A stretch of DNA of 64,000 nt from IMG/VR virus record IMGVR_UViG_3300032285_003360, positions 37,770 through 101,769 of that record, one strand, 5' to 3'. Shown piece after piece: positions 56,932 through 64,000 of the stretch. Every line of letters starts with the position of its first letter. Positions within the stretch are counted from its first letter, which is position 1. Below the pieces are notes generated by a model, which was not told where the DNA came from, did no database searches, and saw only the letters and a list, made by a program, of their open reading frames with translations. The position numbers and the translations under genes are program-made. This DNA is from a virus.

Positions 56932-58317
56932 TTATATGTTTTTATAAAATTCGGCCAATTCGGGAAACGTTTTAACAAAATCCTTATTACGTCTTATATC
57001 ATATTCCGTTATAAATTTTTTAAAATCAAACTTGTTAGTTGTTAAATCTTCTTCAGTTTTTTCCGCCAACATCCAATCATGAATCCTATTTAATTTATTG
57101 ATTTCTATTTCCGTAAAACCATAACCGTCTAACCCAACTCTAACTTGTTCATAAAAATCCATTAACTGTATTTGTTCTTTAACAACATTATTCCATTGGT
57201 TATCCAATATTTTAACTGTTTGGTGTTTTGGCCATCTTAAGTAAGATGAATCCAACATAACAGATGAACCATAATATCTATATTGGTTATGGTATTCTTC
57301 TTTTAACTTATATACGTTTTTTATCAGTTCTTTATAGTTTGGAACCGATAAAGCGTTATATGTAGACATGATGATGACGGTAAGTTGTGGAATTTCATTC
57401 AATAATATATTAAGTCTATCCCACCATAAATTAAAGACCATTCCATCTCTAATATATTCAGCTTGTGGTCCCCACGTATCGGCACTTGTAAAAACAATAA
57501 CTTCATTTACTCTGTTTTCTTCAATCAATCTTTTGATTTTAATAACAAATTCATCGAATAATTTATTAGGTGCGCCAAGATTAGTGTTGATGGATAAATT
57601 TAAATTCCTATTTGGTTCTTTAGCTTCTAAAATATAATCAAATATTGACCATGTATCTTTAGATAATAATGGTTCGCCACCAGTGATTCTAAAAGTATGT
57701 AAATCAGTATAAAGCTCTGGCCACCATTTCCAAAACGCTTCAACATATGGGTTATGTTCAGAATGTAGATATGGTAATGGGTTTTGTCTTTTACCAAAAG
57801 CTAAATCTAAATTATTGAAATTGGTAGACGTTGGATATCCGCCATATTGCTCAATTTCTTGAACCCATTGAGAAGAATACGTTGGCCCACAATATGAACA
57901 TTTAAAATTACATTGATTACTAAAAGAAACCTCAACATATCTTGGGTTAAAATTATCTCTCCAATGTAAATCTTTGATTTCGTCAAAATGTTTTATTGAC
58001 CATGGCTCTGACGATTTAAAAACTCTATCTGAAAACGAATCTGAGTTATCTTCTACATTCCAACAATAGTTACACTCATCCGGTCTACCACCTTCCAACA
58101 TTATTTTTCTTTGTCTTTTTTTATAAGTGCTATTATGTAATGCTGATGGGTTTAATGGTAACTCATTTAATGATACTTGATGTTGGGGTGGGTGATGACA
58201 AGAATGTGTTTGACCCACCTGCAAATGCAAAGTTGCTTGAGTCCATTTGGCCAAGCAAAATCCACAACCAACAGAATTTATCTTTTCTTTGGTTTTATTA
58301 AATGCGTCATTAAACAT
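56932..58317 (-). CDS. twitch-domain radical SAM enzyme
   Basis: FCLAKW, HSCHHP, ECNYCW; CNFKCSYC; ITGGEP; close paralog of 54907-56277. Confidence 0.92.
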   Translation of the reverse strand: MFNDAFNKTKEKINSVGCGFCLAKWTQATLHLQVGQTHSCHHPPQHQVSLNELPLNPSALHNSTYKKRQRKIMLEGGRPDECNYCWNVEDNSDSFSDRVFKSSEPWSIKHFDEIKDLHWRDNFNPRYVEVSFSNQCNFKCSYCGPTYSSQWVQEIEQYGGYPTSTNFNNLDLAFGKRQNPLPYLHSEHNPYVEAFWKWWPELYTDLHTFRITGGEPLLSKDTWSIFDYILEAKEPNRNLNLSINTNLGAPNKLFDEFVIKIKRLIEENRVNEVIVFTSADTWGPQAEYIRDGMVFNLWWDRLNILLNEIPQLTVIIMSTYNALSVPNYKELIKNVYKLKEEYHNQYRYYGSSVMLDSSYLRWPKHQTVKILDNQWNNVVKEQIQLMDFYEQVRVGLDGYGFTEIEINKLNRIHDWMLAEKTEEDLTTNKFDFKKFITEYDIRRNKDFVKTFPELAEFYKNI

Positions 58318-59725
58318 TTTCTTTCATTTTTACATTTATAAACTTAGTTTTTGGATATAACGTTTCATCAATATTGTCAATATCCAAAACATCTAACACA
58401 TTTTTTAAACCATCGTTTTTATAATCAATTTTACCTTGTTGCATTTCTGTAACAAATCGCTTTTCATTTCTTGCTGTTGTTGCGCCTTTTTTCCATGTTC
58501 CATTAACAAATCCTTCATCTTCATGCGGTAAACAATAAAAAGAACCCTCTCTTCTATATGGAACTATATTCTCTACAATTTCAATATTTTCTTCGGTCAC
58601 TATTACATTATTGTCACCACTTTCATTGTTGAAATCGTATTTTAATATTGTGTTCTCATTATCAAATACATCATTAACATTCTCAAAAAATTTATCGAAT
58701 ATTTTAACCTCAGCTATTTTACCTTTATAACGAGTATTTGAATGATTACAATAACCAATTAAAAATGGTTGTATTGAATTGTGTGCCCTTAATTCACCAT
58801 AAACAGGGAATGGTATGTTTTGTTTAATACCATTCATTTGACACACCAATTCATCATTAATATAAAAGAATATACCATTTTTTTCTTTGGAGTATGATAG
58901 CGTAACCCATGTCCATAAATTTTCAAATCTTTTGGCCCAATTGTATATTGGGTTATTAAATTTATCAAAATATTGCATAGTAACAGCTCTTGAGTTGTTA
59001 AACGATAACCCCCAATTCCATGAACCTTCTTTTCTAAGTAATGGATATTCTATAAAACGTTTTTGTAAATCACCCACTAACCATATAGGCACCTTTTCTT
59101 CTTGTTGTTGTGCGTTAAACAATATTGATATTGTATGGTCTTCCTTTAAAGCGTTACTAATCTCTCTATTGGTTTCTAATGAAACATGCGAATCGTTACC
59201 ATTGAAATTTAACACCTTTTTATTTTCATATTTTTTAAAGATATCACCAGTAGTCATACCTTCAAAATAACATCTCCAAAATAAGTCATCATCTTCTTGA
59301 CCCCAATCCCAATAATCATTTGAATAACCGTTTGTTTGGTAAGCTTGCTCTTTTGTAAATAAAACAACTCCACCAAAGTATTGATCATACCCTAAACCAT
59401 AACCATATTTTGATAATTTAGTTGCGATGTGAATGGGATTTTCTTCAGGATAAGAATAATCACCGCCGATATGACCATCCTTATTATATGTTAACATATC
59501 AACGTCATGCCAAGCAATATAATCACACCCATCCTCAAACGCAACATGTGCTGCAATGTTCTTCATCGCACCACGATTAAATAATTTATTGTCAATTTGA
59601 TGACCAACATAAAATGCATGGTCAATACCTTGCGCAGTTAAATGTTGCGACAAGTGTGGTATTAATCTTTCTACGTGTTCTTTTCTGTTTCTATATGGTA
59701 TACACACCCCTAATTTATGACTCAT
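58310..59725 (-). CDS. GT7 (beta-1,4-galactosyltransferase-like) with inserted LamG domain
   Basis: IPYRNR..H, FNRG..N, HDVD, YFGGV, NGYSN.YW.WG.EDDD; FNG.DS...W..V..SY...Y.G.I.EV.IF; C-terminal H...N..R...DGL. Confidence 0.88.
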   Translation of the reverse strand: MSHKLGVCIPYRNRKEHVERLIPHLSQHLTAQGIDHAFYVGHQIDNKLFNRGAMKNIAAHVAFEDGCDYIAWHDVDMLTYNKDGHIGGDYSYPEENPIHIATKLSKYGYGLGYDQYFGGVVLFTKEQAYQTNGYSNDYWDWGQEDDDLFWRCYFEGMTTGDIFKKYENKKVLNFNGNDSHVSLETNREISNALKEDHTISILFNAQQQEEKVPIWLVGDLQKRFIEYPLLRKEGSWNWGLSFNNSRAVTMQYFDKFNNPIYNWAKRFENLWTWVTLSYSKEKNGIFFYINDELVCQMNGIKQNIPFPVYGELRAHNSIQPFLIGYCNHSNTRYKGKIAEVKIFDKFFENVNDVFDNENTILKYDFNNESGDNNVIVTEENIEIVENIVPYRREGSFYCLPHEDEGFVNGTWKKGATTARNEKRFVTEMQQGKIDYKNDGLKNVLDVLDIDNIDETLYPKTKFINVKMKENV

Positions 59726-61155
59726 ATTGATACTGTTATATGTGTTTGATTGTTTATTGTTGCACTACCTAATTCTTTAAAGTTTAAATTTGATAAGCCG
59801 TCTTCTTTTGTATTTCTATAACCAAAAAAAACTTCGTTATGATATCTCATTTGATTATATCTTGTTGTTATATCTTTCCATGCCCCATCAACATAACCAT
59901 TTTCTTTATGTGATAATAATTCAAATTCGCAATCTCTTCTAAATGGAATTTGAATATGTTTTATATCGTCAAATGTATAACCGACAATTTCGCAATTAAC
60001 TATTTTAGCATTGTTTTTGTAATTAACCAAATCCACCAATTGATAGTTTTTTATAAATTTTGCATCATAATATGTTACCAAATTATCCGAAGAATTATAA
60101 TCACCAAAATTTTGTGTTAATCCAAAATATTGATTTTTAGATAATTCTTTAATTTCACTTTCATCAAGACATTTATTATAAGATGCGAATGATGATATCA
60201 ACCCACTAAAATTATTTAAAGTAGATTCTTCAATTACGTTTGAACAACCTAAATAAGCTTTTCTAATTGAATTGTAATTAAACAATTCTTTTTCATATTT
60301 TTTTTCACCAACTAAAACACCATTTTGATACATTTTCACTAATTTATTAATCGGATTGATGGTTACACAAATATTCGTTTTATGGTTTGGTAAAATATCT
60401 GAATTTACATATATGACGTTTTCAAAAAAATCATACATTTGAAAATTATACCTTGAATATGAGTTATAATTTATTGATAAGTCACAACCAGGTATTGTAA
60501 ATATTGAATATGTATCATCATATTTTTCGTGATTACATTTTATGTCATCAGGATAAAATGTAACAAAAAATGTTACATTTGAATCCATATTAATCACATT
60601 CTTAAATTCAACATTAGCATTAACACCATTGAACTTTAGTGCTGCGGTATTACCACCAACTAAAGGTATTTCTTTGGTGTCTAATTTTATATTGTTTATC
60701 TTACACCTATAAAGCAAATCGGTATCTTCATAACCCCATCCCCAATATTCATTGGAGTATCCGTTAATTTGTTCAAAATCTTCAACAGAAAATAATGTTA
60801 CTCCGCCGAAATATTCATCAAAAATAACTCTATTGAAATTAGGGTCATTGCTTTTAAATTTTGCAGCTAAATGAACTGGATGTTCACTATACAAATAATC
60901 AACATTAATTGGTAACATGTCTACATCATGGAATACAACATAATCGCAATTCATTTTTTTAGCGTAAGTAAAACCGACGTTAAGTAACTTACCCCTATTA
61001 AATGTTTTAGCATCATCTTGTTCGATAACAATTAATTCATATTCAATACCCACATTATCCAAATAATCAGAAATGCGTTTTTTGAATGTTACTAATTGGT
61101 CATATCTATCCCTATATGGAACAACAACACCAAGTTTATGCTTCTTCTTCGTCAT
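59722..61155 (-). CDS. GT7 (beta-1,4-galactosyltransferase-like) with inserted LamG domain
   Basis: VPYRDR, FNRGKLLNVG, FHDVD, YFGGV, INGYSN.YWGWG.ED; ALKFNG..YQNG..FSG.I; DGLS. Confidence 0.9.
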   Translation of the reverse strand: MTKKKHKLGVVVPYRDRYDQLVTFKKRISDYLDNVGIEYELIVIEQDDAKTFNRGKLLNVGFTYAKKMNCDYVVFHDVDMLPINVDYLYSEHPVHLAAKFKSNDPNFNRVIFDEYFGGVTLFSVEDFEQINGYSNEYWGWGYEDTDLLYRCKINNIKLDTKEIPLVGGNTAALKFNGVNANVEFKNVINMDSNVTFFVTFYPDDIKCNHEKYDDTYSIFTIPGCDLSINYNSYSRYNFQMYDFFENVIYVNSDILPNHKTNICVTINPINKLVKMYQNGVLVGEKKYEKELFNYNSIRKAYLGCSNVIEESTLNNFSGLISSFASYNKCLDESEIKELSKNQYFGLTQNFGDYNSSDNLVTYYDAKFIKNYQLVDLVNYKNNAKIVNCEIVGYTFDDIKHIQIPFRRDCEFELLSHKENGYVDGAWKDITTRYNQMRYHNEVFFGYRNTKEDGLSNLNFKELGSATINNQTHITVSI

Positions 61156-61348
61156 TATTTTCGGTGTCTCCTTTTACAATTTTTGTGTGAAATTCTGCTA
61201 AATAATATTGCACTCTTGCGCTCCACTCTTCCTTATCGATATCCTCAAACCAAATAGTTAGGGCATCCATAGAGTTTGCAATTTTTTCTAAAGCTTTTAC
61301 TTTTCTTTGCTCAAGAAGTAGTTGTTCATTTTTTTCATCTTTTGTCAT
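61136..61348 (-). CDS. hypothetical protein
   Basis: 70-aa ORF coupled to both neighbours. Confidence 0.55.
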   Translation of the reverse strand: MTKDEKNEQLLLEQRKVKALEKIANSMDALTIWFEDIDKEEWSARVQYYLAEFHTKIVKGDTENNDEEEA

Positions 61349-62202
61349 ATTGATGCTATTTTTTTAATTAATTTATTCCAATTTTTATAACCGTTAAATT
61401 CAGGTTGTGTTAAACCCAATTCAAACATATAATCAGGATTTGCAAGTTCAATTTTAAATTTTGTTTTTAATAATTTAAGATACATCAATTCATACTCTTT
61501 TGAATATGAATAACTTTCGTTCAAATCAGCAACTTCTTTGATTCTTGTGATTGCTGTCTTATCCCATTTAAAATGATGAACTTGAACTGTATGTGTATCA
61601 ATGGGTGCAATTAATGGATGATTCCATCCTTGCCATTTCCAAGTTGTTTGGTGGTCAATTTTTGCGTAATGCTGTCCCGATGTAATTTCAATATTACCTT
61701 TTACCACACAAATTTTATTAGGACATGCTTTACTCATTGGATATCTAAAAAATCCTGCATTTGGAAATTGTTTCCATAATGTTGCGTTTTCTTTTATTGC
61801 AACGAAATTACCATTAGGACCGATTCTATCAATGAATCCGCCGCGAACAATATCCCAACCATTTTTATTACAATCGGAAATTAACATTTTTAAATCGTCG
61901 TCAGGATACAAATGAAACTCATCGATATCAGAGATAACCCACCAATCATTAGGTTTTTTGGCTTTAACCATATTGTATAAAGATGTAACCTTTTCCCAAT
62001 CAAAAATTCTATCTGTAACAACCTTAACAATTTTTACATTATCAAAATCTTTAATATAACTTCTAACTTCGCTCTCAATGTTTGGTTGTGACGCATGATT
62101 ATACACAACTAATTGAATTTCATCAACATAGTGTGAATAGTGTTCAATAAAATGTGGTAATAAATTGGTTCCGTGACCTACGACGGATAGTAATCTAATC
62201 AT
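61345..62202 (-). CDS. GT2/GT92-like glycosyltransferase
   Basis: LPHFIEHY, W....D.DEF, G.F.DR, K, GQH, HHFKW. Confidence 0.75.
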   Translation of the reverse strand: MIRLLSVVGHGTNLLPHFIEHYSHYVDEIQLVVYNHASQPNIESEVRSYIKDFDNVKIVKVVTDRIFDWEKVTSLYNMVKAKKPNDWWVISDIDEFHLYPDDDLKMLISDCNKNGWDIVRGGFIDRIGPNGNFVAIKENATLWKQFPNAGFFRYPMSKACPNKICVVKGNIEITSGQHYAKIDHQTTWKWQGWNHPLIAPIDTHTVQVHHFKWDKTAITRIKEVADLNESYSYSKEYELMYLKLLKTKFKIELANPDYMFELGLTQPEFNGYKNWNKLIKKIASI

Positions 62203-62927
62203 TTTCGTTTGTTAATTATCGTAATACCGCTTGAAGATGGTTTTGTAGGTAATATACGAAAATTAAACAAATTAATCAAATTATAGTCAGGGTTTTTTTC
62301 AAGTTCTTTAACGAACTTAGATGGTCCGTCAAATCTGTGGTAATCCTTTTTATTATCTTCCGAAACGATGATACTTTCCTCATATTTTTCATCCGTGTCA
62401 TGAATGATAATGACACCATTTTCACTTAAGATGTTGGAATACAATTCAAAATCTTTTTTGACACCTTCATATGAATGGTCGCCATCGATAAATAAAACGT
62501 CTATTTTGATGTCTTGGAGAACAAAGAAGTTATAATACGCATTTTCCGACGTATCCTTAATAAAGCGTGGGTAAAAAGTTTTTCTATAAAATGATTCTGA
62601 ATCATCCAAATCATTCGGTCCACCAATTCCATTACAAGCATCCACGAGATAAGTGACACCAATATCACCCCAATTATAGTCATTGTTACCATCAAATATG
62701 TTTTGTTTGTGTAAGTCGATTCTCGCCTGTGTCATTATTCGAGGAATAAATCCTCCACCTGAACCAATACAGACGCAATTTTTGGCTCTCATGTGTTGTA
62801 TAATTGAATATACCAAAATACCATCACCCATATGCAAATCGGTGGCACCATGTGTCCAACGATATGGAACAGGTTCATCGCCATTGTTGGTGATATTGTT
62901 TTTAATATAGTCATTATTACTTATCAT
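62199..62927 (-). CDS. class I SAM methyltransferase (Methyltransf_24-like; start re-assigned to 62927)
   Basis: V.IGS..G, IDVLFIDGDHSYEGV..DF, G.I..HDT. Confidence 0.85.
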   Translation of the reverse strand: MISNNDYIKNNITNNGDEPVPYRWTHGATDLHMGDGILVYSIIQHMRAKNCVCIGSGGGFIPRIMTQARIDLHKQNIFDGNNDYNWGDIGVTYLVDACNGIGGPNDLDDSESFYRKTFYPRFIKDTSENAYYNFFVLQDIKIDVLFIDGDHSYEGVKKDFELYSNILSENGVIIIHDTDEKYEESIIVSEDNKKDYHRFDGPSKFVKELEKNPDYNLINLFNFRILPTKPSSSGITIINKRK

Positions 62928-63661
62928 CTCATCCATTCTGGCCAAAATTCAGGTCGCATAAATCTTCTACTTACACTTTCAAAATTATTTTTTATTTCAT
63001 CATATAAACCCATATCTCGTTGTAAATCAGTGTTTGATAATTTACAAGACACAGCTAACGATACACCTTCACCTGCACCGCTTACCATTTTATTACAACC
63101 TAAATCAGAAAAGTCTTTTGCTAATTGTAGTCTTTCATAAAAATAATAAAATCTTGGGTTAAAACCAATTTTATTGATAACTAAAAAATACTCCCATATA
63201 GTTTCAAGGTCAATATAACTTGGATAAATTTTTTGCACATATAAACGATATTGTTCCCATTCAATTTGATTAGATACGATACTCTTCGCGGTTTCTTGTT
63301 TACCTGGATGATTTAATAAAGTATCAACATATGTGATACCATAACCAAATTTATAATCTTTTAATAATTTTAAAAATGAAAAATCTTTGATGTGAATATC
63401 GGCATCAATTAAAACACAAAAATCGTGTTTCTTTAATATGTGTTTTGGTAGTATCATTTTATCATGATACGATTTGTATTCTCTTGTGTATAAAATTATG
63501 TGAACAAATTCATTTGAATACTTTTCTTCAAAATACTCGGGTTCATCTGTTAATATATAACAGTGATAACCTTCTTTTAAAATCTCGTTAATTTTGTTAA
63601 CTGTTCCTTTAAAGTAATATTCTTCACCAAAACAAAAAATACCAAATCCTATATTGTTCAT
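62924..63661 (-). CDS. GT-A-like (DxD) protein
   Basis: FGEEY, ILTD.P..F, SY.DK, LIDAD. Confidence 0.5.
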   Translation of the reverse strand: MNNIGFGIFCFGEEYYFKGTVNKINEILKEGYHCYILTDEPEYFEEKYSNEFVHIILYTREYKSYHDKMILPKHILKKHDFCVLIDADIHIKDFSFLKLLKDYKFGYGITYVDTLLNHPGKQETAKSIVSNQIEWEQYRLYVQKIYPSYIDLETIWEYFLVINKIGFNPRFYYFYERLQLAKDFSDLGCNKMVSGAGEGVSLAVSCKLSNTDLQRDMGLYDEIKNNFESVSRRFMRPEFWPEWMR

Positions 63662-63681
63662 TGGTATAATATAATTAAATT

Positions 63682-63849
63682 TTATTGGATTGGGTAGCCA
63701 ATTTTTTCGGCGTTGATTTCGTCAAATAAATCTTTAGCTTGTTGATTAGTTTCACATATAACAACTTGTTCAATCCCATTATATGTGTAATGAACTTCAA
63801 AAAATCCCGTTGTTTTGTTTATTTCTGTATAAAGGTAATATCTAATCAT
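63682..63849 (-). CDS. 55-aa hypothetical protein (not in ORF track)
   Basis: MIRYYLYTEINKTTGFFEVHYTYNGIEQVVICETNQQAKDLFDEINAEKIGYPIQ*. Confidence 0.55.
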   Translation of the reverse strand: MIRYYLYTEINKTTGFFEVHYTYNGIEQVVICETNQQAKDLFDEINAEKIGYPIQ

Positions 63850-63855
63850 AATATG

Positions 63856-64000
63856 TTATTTAATCCACCACCATAAATTACCACTGAATCCTGTTGTCCA
63901 AGAAACATTATCATCTCTACCTATTTTTGCACTAATGTTTGTGTCATAGTCTTGTCCACTTGTATCTGTTGTTGAACCTTGGACTGGTATTGCTAAACTA
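63856..64000 (-). CDS. 3' end of a gene extending beyond the window (possibly structural)
   Basis: ...GQDYDTNISAKIGRDDNVSWTTGFSGNLWWWIK* with stop at 63856. Confidence 0.5.
   Translation of the reverse strand, partial: SLAIPVQGSTTDTSGQDYDTNISAKIGRDDNVSWTTGFSGNLWWWIK

Noticed and set aside
1001-63140. Numerous 60-140 aa ORFs nested antisense or out of frame within long genes (e.g. 1001-1204, 11927-12196, 21832-22218, 53645-54058, 58887-59270)
   Set aside because: They overlap well-supported genes, lack recognisable motifs and are expected by chance.
1-64000. Stop-codon reassignment, tRNAs, rRNAs, integrase or transposase
   Set aside because: Genes are full-length and tightly packed in the standard code. 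No RNA gene or mobile-element signature was recognised by eye; a tRNA/covariance scan was not run.

Overview
AT-rich, densely packed, standard-code segment of what appears to be a large (jumbo-type) tailed phage genome. The host is probably Bacteroidota, judged from repeated TTTG-N19/20-TAnnTTnn promoters and a Bacteroidota-style outer-membrane barrel gene. Layout: (1) 1-5.9 kb: PcfJ-like gene, thyA, DUF192, a DPPF methyltransferase and several small ORFs missed by the ORF track. (2) 5.9-15 kb, + strand: a glycosyltransferase/methyltransferase/epimerase operon that includes a mini-protein carrying a T4-gp23-like major-capsid segment. (3) 15-32.5 kb, - strand: tail-fibre region with a 683-aa fibre ORF, three paralogous propeller-like proteins and a 1925-aa fibre with about 250 Gly-Ser/Thr-Ser triplets and an S74 chaperone, interrupted by a halogenase/transporter/OM-barrel/hydroxylase cassette. 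(4) 32.5-64 kb, - strand: a very large tailoring-enzyme cluster with an Aah/TibC-like protein O-heptosyltransferase fusion, many GTs, six SPASM/twitch radical SAM enzymes, 2OG-Fe oxygenases, sulfotransferase plus APS kinase, carbamoyltransferase, SGNH proteins and LamG domains. Best candidates for an undescribed system: (a) an ATP-grasp-Hint(G1)-VIRGGA-Hint(C1) polyprotein predicted to excise a thioester-activated hexapeptide; (b) a shared C-terminal K-x(0-1)-[LIF]-[ILF] tail on many surrounding enzymes; (c) a TibC-like Ser-glycosyltransferase directly beside a Ser-rich fibre; (d) a capsid-fragment mini-protein. All functional calls come from motif recognition by eye; no database searches were run.
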